A stretch of DNA of 46,232 nt from a virus (taxonomy: Duplodnaviria > Heunggongvirae > Uroviricota > Caudoviricetes): IMG/VR virus record IMGVR_UViG_2778261384_000001. One strand, given 5' to 3'. Both the position numbers and the translations under genes were made by a program. Shown here in pieces: positions 19,625 through 31,013 of the stretch; the first letter of the stretch is position 1, and every line of letters begins with the position of its first letter. The notes beneath the pieces are model-generated. The model was not told the DNA's origin, searched no databases, and saw only the letters and a program-made list of their open reading frames with translations.

Positions 19625-21583
19625 TTACGCCGTACATTTCACCAGGCCGCGGTGATCAACTGGCGCAACACCAGCGTCAATACGCACTTTCGTTGTCACG
19701 CCATCCACACTGAAGCCCTCCATCTGATCAATATATGGCGTATCCACACCGTTGAGATAAGCCACTTCAATCGTATCGGAGCCTTTGGACGCAGCCAGGT
19801 AGAAGGTGGTCTGGCTGTTATCATCAAGACGAGGCTCTGCAATAACGGTCGCAAAATCTTTCACCGGGTTAATAATACCGGCGTTAATGTCAGCCCCCTT
19901 GACACTTGAGGAGCGAATGACCTGGTTAGCAACAGACTCCATCGCCGTCGGTACCAGTACGAACGCAGGACGAATATTCAGATGACGCTCACCCTCTTTC
20001 TGAACGCGCATCAACTGGCGGGCTTTATCCAGCGATGCCACGTCCATTGCCGCGCTCTCCAGTACGTTTGCATGTTTCGCTTTATCGAACAGACTTACAT
20101 TATCTGTGGAGATTTTCGGGTTAGACGTCAGAATGGCATAAACCAGATCGGCAATAGTGGATTTCGCCGCACGGCCCAGCTTCATCGGGACATCGGTCAG
20201 CATATTCAGATCATCATTGATAATGGCCTGACGGGTGATACTGAACAGCTCGCCATAGGTCGCCAGTGCAATAGTGGCCTGTTTATCTCCGGTGGTGACG
20301 TATTTATATTCTGCCCCTTCACGCACCTGACGCAGAGCACTGAAGCCCCCCATACCCACACGATGGGCAATTTTAAAATCAGACAACTGACCTTTCCGCG
20401 TCCACTGTTCATAGGTTTCAGGGGCATCTTCCCAGCCCTGCAGAATGGCTTTGTTCGCAACATCCAGCAGAATATTACCGAAGTCAGACGTACTGTGTAT
20501 GAACGCCGCACCGACCATCTGCATCGGGTTATAACTGGAAACACCAATACCACGTTCAGTCAGTGACATACGGGCATATTCACGCAGGGTCATCCCGTTG
20601 TAGACATTATCACGTTCAGTTTTTTCAAACCCGGCGCGCGCCATCAGCGCCTGGCGGATCCCGTCCCCCACAAAATTACCGTTACCGGCATAAATATGAG
20701 CCGGGGTATTTTTATTGGATGGCGTGGACTCGCGCCCCATCTCGTTCAACAGCTTTTCGCGGGCCTGCTCCAGCGAACATTCAGGATCGGCAAGACACTG
20801 AGCCTGCAACGACTGATAACGCCCGCCAAACATGGCAAACAGATCATTAATACCGTTTACACGCGCTTTTTGCTCTGCCAGGACCTGCGCACGGATGCTG
20901 TTTTCATCCACCACGGGTGCTGCTGCCTGCACTGGCGTCCGGGAGGCTGCAGGTCCATCATCCTGTACGCGTGGAGCACTGTTGCGTGGCGGAGTAATCA
21001 TATTTCGAATGGATTCCGGCATCTTTTTAAATTCCTCTGTACGTTTTGACTGAATACATGCCATTGCCTTAACGGCTGGTGTCACCTGATCAGCAAATCC
21101 CTGTGCCAGACATTCGGCACCGGACATCCAGGTCTCATCCGCCAGCATGGCAGCAATTTCATCGGTGGTTTTCCCGGTTTTCTGTGCATAAGCGGGTAAC
21201 AGAACCGCCTCAACTCTATCGAGCAGGTCGGCATAGGTGCGCATGTCCTCCGCATCACCGCCCGTAAAGCCAAATGGTTTATGAATCATCATGAAGGTGT
21301 TTTCCGGCATAATGACCGGGTTTCCTACCATCGCAATGACCGACGCCATTGACGCCGCCACACCGTCGACATAAACGGTAATGGACGCACCATGTGTTTT
21401 CAGCGCATTAAAAATGGCGATGCCTTCAAAGACATCGCCACCCGGTGAATTAATATGGAGATTAATGTGGGTGATATCGCCCAGTGCATTCAGATCACTG
21501 ATAAACTGCTTCGCTGTAACACCCCAGAAACCAATCTCGTCATAAATATAAATATCCGCGTCACTCTGGTGACCAGCCTGCAT
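19625..21583 (-). CDS. fused ClpP-like prohead protease / scaffold-like linker / major capsid protein (about 652 aa)
   Basis: N-terminal ClpP motifs INSPGGDVFEGIAIFN, GVAASMASVIAMVG (Ser), MMIHKPFG (His); central helical region; C-terminal capsid-like domain; ATG 21583 just after portal stop. Confidence 0.8.
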   Translation of the reverse strand: MQAGHQSDADIYIYDEIGFWGVTAKQFISDLNALGDITHINLHINSPGGDVFEGIAIFNALKTHGASITVYVDGVAASMASVIAMVGNPVIMPENTFMMIHKPFGFTGGDAEDMRTYADLLDRVEAVLLPAYAQKTGKTTDEIAAMLADETWMSGAECLAQGFADQVTPAVKAMACIQSKRTEEFKKMPESIRNMITPPRNSAPRVQDDGPAASRTPVQAAAPVVDENSIRAQVLAEQKARVNGINDLFAMFGGRYQSLQAQCLADPECSLEQAREKLLNEMGRESTPSNKNTPAHIYAGNGNFVGDGIRQALMARAGFEKTERDNVYNGMTLREYARMSLTERGIGVSSYNPMQMVGAAFIHSTSDFGNILLDVANKAILQGWEDAPETYEQWTRKGQLSDFKIAHRVGMGGFSALRQVREGAEYKYVTTGDKQATIALATYGELFSITRQAIINDDLNMLTDVPMKLGRAAKSTIADLVYAILTSNPKISTDNVSLFDKAKHANVLESAAMDVASLDKARQLMRVQKEGERHLNIRPAFVLVPTAMESVANQVIRSSSVKGADINAGIINPVKDFATVIAEPRLDDNSQTTFYLAASKGSDTIEVAYLNGVDTPYIDQMEGFSVDGVTTKVRIDAGVAPVDHRGLVKCTA

Positions 21584-21596
21584 CCTGAACCAGGAA

Positions 21597-23105
21597 TTAT
21601 TCTTCGGACTGGTCGTCGGTGTGCTGCGGCTCCTGTCGTTTCGTTGCGGCACTACTGCCTCCTTTATCACTGGCCGGATCGGTATCAAATACCAGATCCA
21701 GATTGCGGTTTTCATCAATTTCGGCCTTGCGCCGACGTTTGACATCATCCGGATTACGACCACCAGCACGTACCCAGTCTGATTCTGTCGCCGCTCCACC
21801 ACGAATCTGGATTTTCCAGGCCTCAGCCTCCTTAACAGGGTCAATCCACGGCATCACTGGTCCGGAATACACCGCGGTATACAGTGAAGAACGGTCAAGA
21901 TCGCGGGGTAGCCTGATAACACCGGATGCCACAGCCTGTTTCAGCCATGCACGATACATCGGGCGGGTGACGGCACCAATAAACCAGTCCTGCAGGATCA
22001 GGTAGCCATCAGTGGATTCAACCAGCTCCTGACGCTGGGCGCTGTAAGTGCCGTTATAGTTGCGCGCTGTACTGGAAAAACTCAGACGACTGCCCGCCGC
22101 CACGGCACGCAACTGACCATTACGAAAAGTTTCAAGGTTAGGATTGGGGCGATCCGACTTCACCATTCCGATTTCTTCGCCGGGTTTCAGATCGTCGTAA
22201 ATAATGCCCGGCTGAATGGTAAGCTCACGTTCATTCTCCTTTCTGCCATTACCATCCGGTTCATAGCTCTGCCCGTCGCCTTTCCGGATGTACATCCCCA
22301 GAGCAGCGGCGATCCTTGCTGCAGTCAGCTCAGAATCTTCATATTCTTTCAGGGCACTGAGGCGGATCAGCACACCGGACAACAAAGACGTCCCGCGCAT
22401 CTGGTGCAGACGGCGAACAAATTTAAGATGCAGCATTCGCTCTGCATCCACTTCTTTGGTTTCCATCTGCCGTCCGGATACGGGACGGCTTTTATACACC
22501 AGATATTTTTCGGGACGCCCCCAGTCATCAACAAACACGCCCTGATTCAGCCTGTTGCTCTCATCACTGGTCATGGGAATAAAGTCCGGCTCGAGCGCCT
22601 CCAGCCAGAAATGAACACCGGCAGAAGGCGCCAGGCTGTTTATGCGCCCGGAAACCATCTGGGCAAACACCTCACCATCGCGCAGCCAGGTACGAAGCAT
22701 CAGACGTTCCAGCATCGGACGGGTAAACTGCCCGGTGACTTCCGGGCTGACAGACCATTCACTCCATCGGGTGCGAATCTCCGCAGCCAGGTCACGGGCA
22801 ATGGCCCCATTGCGTAATACCGGATGTGGCTCGACAATAATCCCGTTTTTCCCCACCACCCGTTCTTCCAGCTTGTCAAATACACCAATAACCAGATCGT
22901 GGTTGTTATCAAGGTAACGGGCCTGCTCACGTAACGACACGGCCCCGTACTGGCTTAACTGGTCGGCAGTTCGGTTCTCCCGTCGGGCTTTGTGTGTCCG
23001 CGTCGTTTTTACGGCCTCATAAGCCTGGATCACCGCACGGGAACGCAGCCTTGCCGCTTTCCATCCTGGTGAAAAAACGCCAATCACATCATCAAGAATT
23101 GCCAT
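21597..23105 (-). CDS. portal protein (about 502 aa)
   Basis: Size and position between W-like/terminase and the protease-capsid gene; ATG 23105 overlaps W stop (TGATG). Confidence 0.85.
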   Translation of the reverse strand: MAILDDVIGVFSPGWKAARLRSRAVIQAYEAVKTTRTHKARRENRTADQLSQYGAVSLREQARYLDNNHDLVIGVFDKLEERVVGKNGIIVEPHPVLRNGAIARDLAAEIRTRWSEWSVSPEVTGQFTRPMLERLMLRTWLRDGEVFAQMVSGRINSLAPSAGVHFWLEALEPDFIPMTSDESNRLNQGVFVDDWGRPEKYLVYKSRPVSGRQMETKEVDAERMLHLKFVRRLHQMRGTSLLSGVLIRLSALKEYEDSELTAARIAAALGMYIRKGDGQSYEPDGNGRKENERELTIQPGIIYDDLKPGEEIGMVKSDRPNPNLETFRNGQLRAVAAGSRLSFSSTARNYNGTYSAQRQELVESTDGYLILQDWFIGAVTRPMYRAWLKQAVASGVIRLPRDLDRSSLYTAVYSGPVMPWIDPVKEAEAWKIQIRGGAATESDWVRAGGRNPDDVKRRRKAEIDENRNLDLVFDTDPASDKGGSSAATKRQEPQHTDDQSEE

Positions 23106-23317
23106 CAGAACCTCGCCAGCCGGTACCCGGGATGCCCCCGTCGTCGTGTAATCAGAGCCGCAAGGCGGCGCTCCCACTCCTGCCGTCCCTGCCGGATCTC
23201 AGATAAGTTTTCCATGGTCATCTGCTGACCATTAAAGGTGACGGATTTTCCGTCCAGCACCGCCATTTCAGCTTCCGTATAACGCTGAATCATGGCTTCG
23301 ATATCATTCTGGTTCAT
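23105..23317 (-). CDS. head-tail joining protein W-like (70 aa)
   Basis: Small protein after terminase large subunit; GGAGG RBS 6 nt upstream of ATG 23317; start overlaps terminase stop. Confidence 0.7.
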   Translation of the reverse strand: MNQNDIEAMIQRYTEAEMAVLDGKSVTFNGQQMTMENLSEIRQGRQEWERRLAALITRRRGHPGYRLARF

Positions 23318-25413
23318 AACCATCCTCCGGAAGTCAGCCAGGGGTTAACATCGTCAGTTACTGTTTTCTTCCGTTTTTGTTTTTTAACAGGCGTGGATAC
23401 CGGTTCCGGTGAGGATGACGGTTCGGTACTGTCCTGGACACACTCCAGCCAGGTCTCCCGGCTCGCCCACTCCGGTGCATCCGGCCAGCGGATCTTTTCG
23501 TATCCATGCAGAATGACCAGAGCCTCGGCATACACCATCAGGTCAAAAGCTTCGTTGGCACCGCGACCCGGCTTACTCCATTTCCCGTCACTGCTCCGCT
23601 CTTCATACATCAGTTCGTCGTAAAACCAGCTCCCCAGCCAGTCAGGGAAATGCACATAGCCTGGACCTGGCGAGTCACGCCATAACGCGTTATTCACCCG
23701 GTCTTTCAGGGCATCCGTCTGAAGAAGCCAGAGCGGCACATCACCTGCGGCCTGCGCCCGGCGGCCCGTTCGTCCGGTGTTATCAGGGAATGTACGGCTG
23801 ATCAGTTTTGCGCGCCGGATGCTGTCACCCTTAAACAGGTAAATACGTTTACCAAGGCCATCACGACGGCAACGACGCCAGAATTTATAGGCATTATCAG
23901 TGACCCCGTCTTCACCGCCGGAGTCCACCGCCATTGCCATCAGTCGCATTTGTTGAGAAGGATCGGAGGCCAGCGGCCAGCTTTTATGAAAAACATCCGT
24001 CAGCAGGACATCCCAGTCTTCCGGATAGCTGGCCGGATCAATTCGCTGGCTCTCCCCGTCGCAGTCACTGCGCAATGACTGCGTGATGTTGTAACGATCA
24101 ATAATCCAGCGTTCGCCACGACTGCCATAGCCCGTTACCTGAACCACAAAACGGCGATGACGTCCCGCCTGCACATCCACTGTCGCCACAAGGAAATTAA
24201 CGCCATCCGGCACACTGCGGGAAGGAACTGGCTCTGCCCGCTGCTCAAGCAGTTCACTTTTTCGTTGCTCCATGCTGGCACGAGGAAGATAAGGCAATCC
24301 CCAGTCGGTGTTGATAACCGCCCTGAGTGTTTCTTCGCTTCCTGTCGCTTCATACTCCTGTTCTGCAGTCAGTAATTTGTAAACCAGTTGCGCCCAGGTC
24401 TGATACGCAGCAGCTGGCCCTTCCATCCAGAAACTGGCGATACGGGAGCGGCGCGGTTCACCGGAAACGTTGCCGTTACGATCAATGACCTGACCTTCAC
24501 GCAACCAGACTCCTGCACTATTGAGCTCACGCTTTTTCTCCGCAGTGATAATGCCGCTGCAGTGCGGGCAAAGTAGATACGCCGCCTCACTGGCTTTAAA
24601 GGGATCCGGTTCATTACGGTAGCCGGTCATGGCATCCATGGCTGGCTGAAAATATTCACCGCAGTGCGGACATGACCAGTACCAGCGGCGGCGGTCACCA
24701 CGATTGTAAAGGGAAAGAATACCAGTCGTCGGTGGCGCTTCATGAGGCGACTTACGTCGCCATTTGCTGTCGCAGATGTCACGTCCCGGCGAGCTCTCCA
24801 CCAGAGTCATCCCGGCGGACATAAATGTGGTGGTACGTTTTGAGGCCAGGGAGAAACCATCACCCTCGCTGTCGATATTCTCCGGAAAACGGTCGTAATC
24901 GGTTAAGGCGACAAACCGGTAATCCGACGACGACATAATGTTGACCGAGGGCCAACCAATTTTAAGGAACGAGCCATCCCTGAACGTCTTATCATGGACA
25001 TTATTGTCGTTACGACGTGGACTCATTCTTTTCTTTACCGCCGCACTGCTTCTGAACGTTCTGTCGAGGCGCTTTTTAGAATGCTCGCGGGCCTTATCTT
25101 CGGTCATCTGCACAACGAGCATGTCCGAAGGATCGCAAACGATGGTATAGACAATCCATCCATCGATCAGACCAATGGTCTTCCCTGTTCGCGCAGGACC
25201 AACAAAAATCACCGCATCGTATTCACGCGATGCCAGGCAGTTCATGGGCTCAATGATGTAGGGTGTCAGTTCAGGATCCCATGGCACCGAGTTACCAGCC
25301 CCCTTGGGAACACGCATGAATTTTTTAACAGCCTCCGAAATCGGCATGCGACGTGGTGGGGAAAATCCTGCCGATATGTCCCTTCCCAAATTTCGGGCTG
25401 ATGAAAAACCCAT
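23314..25413 (-). CDS. terminase large subunit (lambda GpA family, 699 aa)
   Basis: CPHCGE zinc-ribbon motif as in lambda A; AGGAGG RBS; size. Confidence 0.9.
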   Translation of the reverse strand: MGFSSARNLGRDISAGFSPPRRMPISEAVKKFMRVPKGAGNSVPWDPELTPYIIEPMNCLASREYDAVIFVGPARTGKTIGLIDGWIVYTIVCDPSDMLVVQMTEDKAREHSKKRLDRTFRSSAAVKKRMSPRRNDNNVHDKTFRDGSFLKIGWPSVNIMSSSDYRFVALTDYDRFPENIDSEGDGFSLASKRTTTFMSAGMTLVESSPGRDICDSKWRRKSPHEAPPTTGILSLYNRGDRRRWYWSCPHCGEYFQPAMDAMTGYRNEPDPFKASEAAYLLCPHCSGIITAEKKRELNSAGVWLREGQVIDRNGNVSGEPRRSRIASFWMEGPAAAYQTWAQLVYKLLTAEQEYEATGSEETLRAVINTDWGLPYLPRASMEQRKSELLEQRAEPVPSRSVPDGVNFLVATVDVQAGRHRRFVVQVTGYGSRGERWIIDRYNITQSLRSDCDGESQRIDPASYPEDWDVLLTDVFHKSWPLASDPSQQMRLMAMAVDSGGEDGVTDNAYKFWRRCRRDGLGKRIYLFKGDSIRRAKLISRTFPDNTGRTGRRAQAAGDVPLWLLQTDALKDRVNNALWRDSPGPGYVHFPDWLGSWFYDELMYEERSSDGKWSKPGRGANEAFDLMVYAEALVILHGYEKIRWPDAPEWASRETWLECVQDSTEPSSSPEPVSTPVKKQKRKKTVTDDVNPWLTSGGWL

Positions 25414-25421
25414 TATTCCTC

Positions 25422-25949
25422 CTAGAGACTCTCTCCTTCCTCATCAGGAATTAATTCAGCAGCACAAGCCTCGTAGGATTTTTCCTGAAGAGTGTATCGC
25501 AGGTCATCAATGGCCTGCTGTACAACGCCGACGGCCTGAGGAGTCAGGGCGCAATCGCGTTCAAGAACATCCGGAATTGTCTCCAGAACCTGGACGACAG
25601 CCTTTCTCATGGACGAATAGACGATGACTACTTCATCAACGGGGATGAGTTTTCGCTGCTCCTTTTCCAGCTTGATCCTTTCATTTTCAGATTGGTACCA
25701 GTCCTTTCTCTCTTTCGGCTCCATACGGGATGGATCATGAACAGAGTCTGCTGCCTCATGCTTCACACTAAACAGGGCTGGCCCGACATGCTGCAGGGCG
25801 TAAACGGGGTTCCCCCTGATAGTCGCAGCCACAGGAGTGTTGGCCGCGAGGAGCCGTTTTTTTACTGTGTCCCGGTGAAGCCCAAAGGCCTCAGCGATTT
25901 TAAAAACACTCCAGTAATAAGCATCACCGATCCCGCTCACATTTGACAT
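25422..25949 (-). CDS. terminase small subunit (Nu1-like, HTH at N-terminus); start uncertain (ATG 25949 has a GGAG RBS; upstream ATGs at 25961 and 25979)
   Basis: Immediately upstream of terminase large subunit and downstream of cos; HTH-like YWSVFKIAEAFGLHRDTVKKRL. Confidence 0.75.
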   Translation of the reverse strand: MSNVSGIGDAYYWSVFKIAEAFGLHRDTVKKRLLAANTPVAATIRGNPVYALQHVGPALFSVKHEAADSVHDPSRMEPKERKDWYQSENERIKLEKEQRKLIPVDEVVIVYSSMRKAVVQVLETIPDVLERDCALTPQAVGVVQQAIDDLRYTLQEKSYEACAAELIPDEEGESL

Positions 25950-26128
25950 AAGCAACTCCATCTGGCAGGTGAAAATCATGTTTATTTATATATTTCAATT
26001 AATTGCAAACTGGTCTAATGACAGGGAGAAAAAAATATTGTACAGGTGAAAAGAGAAATAACTTTTAATTATCAATAAATTACCAAACATGCTGCCGCCG
26101 CCATGGAAATGCAAAAACTAGCCTTTTT

Positions 26129-26150
26129 CCGCGACGCTCCCGCCCCGTGG
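26129..26150. other. candidate cohesive-end site (cosN-like)
   Basis: Minus-strand reading GGGGCGGGAGCGTCGCGG followed by AT-rich DNA parallels remembered lambda left end GGGCGGCGACCTCGCGGG; about 180 bp upstream of Nu1. Confidence 0.5.
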
Positions 26151-26333
26151 CAGGGGCCCCCACCGGGAGGACCCGACAGCCTGACAGCCTGACAGCCGTG
26201 ATGAGCATCTGATACAGCGCTTTACATAATGGCATAGGAATAATTCAGAAGGACATCACAGCATGCCCACACAAATTAGTGTGAGTGTCCTGTTTCTTCC
26301 TACGCACAGGACTGACGAGCATGAGGGGAAAAT

Positions 26334-26501
26334 ATGCGAACCATAAATGCCTCATCTTCAGCAATGCAACCGGCATCCGAACAGGACGATATTGTAAATT
26401 CACCTAATTACGAGGACATTGCAGTAGTTGAATTGCAGCTCTGTATTAGCCTGACAGTGACAGAATGCGATATTGACTCTGTCACAGGTGAAATAGTTTG
26501 A
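26334..26501 (+). CDS. hypothetical small protein (55 aa)
   Basis: ATG 26334 preceded by GAGGGG RBS; not in ORF track (below 60 aa). Confidence 0.25.
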   Translation: MRTINASSSAMQPASEQDDIVNSPNYEDIAVVELQLCISLTVTECDIDSVTGEIV

Positions 26502-26521
26502 ATGATTAGCAGTTATGGTGC

Positions 26522-26728
26522 TCAGTCAACCACCAGGGAATAATCCTTCGAATTCTTATCGTGCTTCACCAACGCTGCCTCAATTGCCCTGAATGCTTCC
26601 AGAGACACCTGATGTTCTATACATGCAATTACAACATCCGGGTAACTCATAGAAATGGTGCTATTAAGCATATTTTTTACACGAATCAGATCCAACGAGA
26701 GTTCATCAGCAGATTGTTCTTTATTCAT
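26522..26728 (-). CDS. hypothetical small protein (68 aa)
   Basis: ORF track; GGAG RBS 9 nt upstream of ATG 26728. Confidence 0.45.
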   Translation of the reverse strand: MNKEQSADELSLDLIRVKNMLNSTISMSYPDVVIACIEHQVSLEAFRAIEAALVKHDKNSKDYSLVVD

Positions 26729-27028
26729 TTTGTCGCTCCATGCGTTTGCTCGTCATCTAGCGGTTAAAATATTACTTCAAATCTTACTGCATAAAAGAGG
26801 AAAAGTATGAAAGTTTGAGTACATCGACCTTACATACATCTGTCGGTTGCATATCCCTCCTGGATGCCAGCAAGGCTCAATTTTGTTACGCAATCAACAC
26901 TATTCATCAAAAACAGGCTTAATATTTGACATAAATCATCAACAAAACACAAAGAGGTCAGACCAGATTGAAACAATAAACACGATAATGCTAACTACGC
27001 GCCATCGTATCACATGGAAGGTTTACCA

Positions 27029-27439
27029 ATGGCTCAGGCTGCCATTTTTAAAGAAATATTCGATCAAGTGCGTAAAGATTTAAACTGTGAATTATTTTAT
27101 TCTGAGCTAAAACGTCACAATGTCTCACTTTATATTTACTATTTAGCCACAGATAATATTCACATTGTGTTAGAAAACGACAACATAGTGTTAGTAAAAG
27201 GACTCAAAAAGGTTGTAAATGTTAAATTCTCCAGAAACAAACATCTTATAGAGACCTCCTATAATAAGTTGAAATCAAAAGAAATCACATTTCAACAATA
27301 CAGGGAAAATCTTGCTAAAGCAGGAGTTTTCCGATGGGTTACAAATATCCAGGAACACCAAAGATATTACTATGCCTTTGATAACTCATTACTATTTACT
27401 GAAAGCATCCAGAAAACTACACAGATCTTACCACGCTAA
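27029..27439 (+). CDS. ydfO: DUF1398-type prophage protein, YdfO-like (136 aa)
   Basis: Protein [18 protein letters not shown]...[27 protein letters not shown] recalled as YdfO family; GGAAGG RBS before ATG 27029. Confidence 0.6.
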   Translation: MAQAAIFKEIFDQVRKDLNCELFYSELKRHNVSLYIYYLATDNIHIVLENDNIVLVKGLKKVVNVKFSRNKHLIETSYNKLKSKEITFQQYRENLAKAGVFRWVTNIQEHQRYYYAFDNSLLFTESIQKTTQILPR

Positions 27440-27590
27440 ACCATAACGTCCGGCTTCTCTCACTCCTGAGCCGGACTGCATTGGTTTAATAAAAACCATC
27501 AACAATTGTGATTTAGATATTCGGAACCATTCAAATATAACAAAACCCCGTAAAAACGAGGTTTATGGATAAATTTTATTATTGAATACA

Positions 27591-27764
27591 TCAGATTAAA
27601 TTAATCTTGACATCATAGCTTTCAAGACCCGTCATTTTTTCCCGTGCGGTAAACTGAATACTGGTAACTTCTTTCCCGGTCTTTTTCTTAAGTTCAATAA
27701 TTTTTTTTGTTATATATTCAGAAATATCTGCTTCTGCTTTTGTTTTTAAGTTTTCAATATTCAT
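27591..27764 (-). CDS. gnsB: GnsA/GnsB-family small protein (57 aa)
   Basis: Translated MNIENLKTKAEADISEYITKKIIELKKKTGKEVTSIQFTAREKMTGLESYDVKINLI; not in ORF track (below 60 aa). Confidence 0.7.
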   Translation of the reverse strand: MNIENLKTKAEADISEYITKKIIELKKKTGKEVTSIQFTAREKMTGLESYDVKINLI

Positions 27765-27935
27765 CATTTCCTCTTTTAGTCTGTTATGACTTTCCAGTTA
27801 CACAGTAAGTCGATTATATGGTGCAAACGTGTAAAAGATAAGATGAAACATCGCAATAATCAACATACGATAGTCTAAATTTTACACAAACAGACAAAGA
27901 GAATTTTCCTGAATTATCAATACAATAGCATCAAA

Positions 27936-28166
27936 TCAACTCAAGAGCCTTATTGCTGCTTCCAGAATTTCTTCTGAAGTAACATGTCGATCCGCGGCTA
28001 CATAAATGACTTTATGATCTCCGGTCAGAGATGGAAACCCTGCGGCCATTACAGTAAGGTGTGTTTTTTCGCCATTTGGATATTCACGCATGATGGTGTT
28101 AACTCCAGTCATCGCTGGCACTACCACTGCTGGTTCAGAGTTAAAAAAAACTATGATTTTTTTCAT
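27936..28166 (-). CDS. small prophage protein, possibly YnfN-like; start uncertain (ATGs at 28166, 28112, 28091)
   Basis: ORF track 90 aa with TTG start overlapping the cspI terminator, so real start must be internal. Confidence 0.4.
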   Translation of the reverse strand: MKKIIVFFNSEPAVVVPAMTGVNTIMREYPNGEKTHLTVMAAGFPSLTGDHKVIYVAADRHVTSEEILEAAIRLLS

Positions 28167-28210
28167 GATGTTACCGTAGTATGTGAGTATCCATCGAATA
28201 GATACCAAGC

Positions 28211-28230
28211 AAAAAAGCTCCCGAAGGAGC
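28211..28230 (-). terminator. rho-independent terminator downstream of cspI
   Basis: Stem gctcc/ggagc with cgaa tetraloop, then TTTTTT on minus strand. Confidence 0.5.
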
Positions 28231-28437
28231 CTTCATTTTCACTTTTTTAAATCCAACGACAGACGGCTGGCATTTAAGTATTGTGAAATATTATCAAATG
28301 TAATCATCATTGATTTACAAAAGATACATTTTGCCCCGAAAGGATTCATGTCAGAAACATCAAAAGATGATGTTCTATACTGGGAACCATGACAACACGG
28401 GCATCTAAAGTGAATATGGTTTGTAATATTGTCTACC

Positions 28438-28650
28438 TCAAAGCGCCACTACATGAACAGCGGCAGGACCTTTAGGTCCGTTCTCAATACCAAATTCAAC
28501 TTCCTGATTCTCAGTTAATGTTTTGAAATCGTTGCTCTGAATTGCTGAGAAATGGACAAACACATCTTTGCTGCCATCTTTCGGCGTGATGAAACCAAAA
28601 CCTTTTTCAGGGTTAAACCATTTCACTAAACCAGTCATTTTGTTAGACAT
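28438..28650 (-). CDS. cspI: cold shock protein CspI (CspA family, 70 aa)
   Basis: [23 protein letters not shown]... with RNP1/RNP2 motifs. Confidence 0.9.
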   Translation of the reverse strand: MSNKMTGLVKWFNPEKGFGFITPKDGSKDVFVHFSAIQSNDFKTLTENQEVEFGIENGPKGPAAVHVVAL

Positions 28651-29012
28651 AATTATTACCTTTTGAAGAAATTAGCCCTTGGGCAGAATGGTCCGAAAAA
28701 AAATATCAGAGAGAAAAACCAACAAGGAAATCTCAAGAGGTACAAATAATAAAATTATAACAATGACTGCTTCAGATAAATTTGTAACAAACCAGAACAC
28801 CATTAACGCATGATTAACCACCCATAGCAAGGATTACTTTTGTAAAGAAAAACACAGCAATGAAAGAATAGCCTTATTTATTAATAAAACGTGTCATTCT
28901 GATTAAGACCTTTTATCTTACCCTTAAGATTTCAGGAATTTTGGCTCATGGAAGAGTCCTTTTTATTTAAATTTTACATTCCGCGATGTAAATGTTCCGA
29001 TTTAATATTACC

Positions 29013-30036
<1,024 letters not shown>

Positions 30037-30040
<4 letters not shown>

Positions 30041-30348
30041 ATATATTTATGATGAGGACGCTCGTGCTTATTGGCAGGATTTTCAATCTTAAAGGAGTAC
30101 TGATGCTGCAGATAAGACTCAACTTTTTCTGACAATTTTTCTGCTACTTCCAGGAAGACTTGCCGGACGCTCCTTCTGGCTGCTGCCTCATAAAACTCCA
30201 GCGCAGCTCCTTCAACACGGTCCATGGCGACATCCAGGTCAAAAATTTCACCGTCAAAGCGTTCCTTGTCCTGTAAGGCTACAGTTACCGTAACTTTATT
30301 CTCAAAATTACGGACTCCTTTCACAACCAGTTCATAGTCTTGAGTCAT
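30037..30348 (-). CDS. ydfR: DUF1327-type protein YdfR (103 aa)
   Basis: Recalled YdfR-like sequence; sits between holin and endolysin; ATGA overlap with endolysin start. Confidence 0.7.
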
Positions 30349-30352
30349 TGGA

Positions 30353-30568
30353 TTACTCTCCTCTCGCAGCCTTACGCCTGTCTTCTTTAATCTTGAAATA
30401 AAGATTTGTCAGATACGTCAGCAGGCCAAAAACCAGGCTACCCAGCACACCGATTGCAGCCCACTGTGACGGAGTTACTTTATCGAGTAACTGTAATGCC
30501 CAGAAACCAGCATTACCCGCCGATGTGCCATAGGCAACACCTGTTGTTAACTTATCCATTGATTTCAT
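30353..30568 (-). CDS. essQ: class II holin (pinholin, S21-like), 71 aa with dual start MKSM
   Basis: [71 protein letters not shown]; two TM helices; GGGGTGAGGA RBS. Confidence 0.85.
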   Translation of the reverse strand: MKSMDKLTTGVAYGTSAGNAGFWALQLLDKVTPSQWAAIGVLGSLVFGLLTYLTNLYFKIKEDRRKAARGE

Positions 30569-30788
30569 ATCCTCACCCCGATGTACACGGATGGTGCAAT
30601 ATGTTTGAAAAAGATCGGAGTCTACGGGGTAGTTTTGACAGCACACGTTGTTCTCAACGGCGCTAAAGAAACATACACATTAAAAATGTGAGTAATTATT
30701 TTGAAAGAAAGTCATATATAAAATAATAATACGAGAAATGTTTTCATATTTAGTGTACTGTATACGGCCATTTATACAGGAAAAGCCT

Positions 30789-30959
30789 ATGTCAGAACGT
30801 AAAGACTCAAAATCACGCCGTAATTATCTCGTTAAATGTTCCTGCCCAAACTGCACCCAAGAGTCAGAACACAGTTTTTCAAGAGTACAAAAAGGTGCCC
30901 TTTTGATCTGCCCTCATTGCAACAAAGTATTCCAGACAAATCTTAAAGCTGTAGCCTGA
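30789..30959 (+). CDS. small zinc-ribbon protein (56 aa), hypothetical
   Basis: CxxC...CxxC (CSCPNC ... CPHC); AGGAAA RBS before ATG 30789. Confidence 0.4.
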   Translation: MSERKDSKSRRNYLVKCSCPNCTQESEHSFSRVQKGALLICPHCNKVFQTNLKAVA

Positions 30960-31013
30960 TTGATTTTATTAGCAACAAGTATTTTTTATATTTTAATAAT
31001 ATATTTAAAGCAG

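Noticed and set aside
25950-25979. Longer Nu1 start at ATG 25979 (ORF-track start)
   Set aside because: No RBS upstream; the downstream ATG at 25949 has a GGAG RBS and gives a lambda-like 175-aa product, so the shorter form was annotated.
26175-26198. Three tandem GACAGCC octamers considered as a possible CRISPR-like or satellite repeat
   Set aside because: Only three short contiguous units with no spacers; better explained as part of the cos/terminase-binding region.
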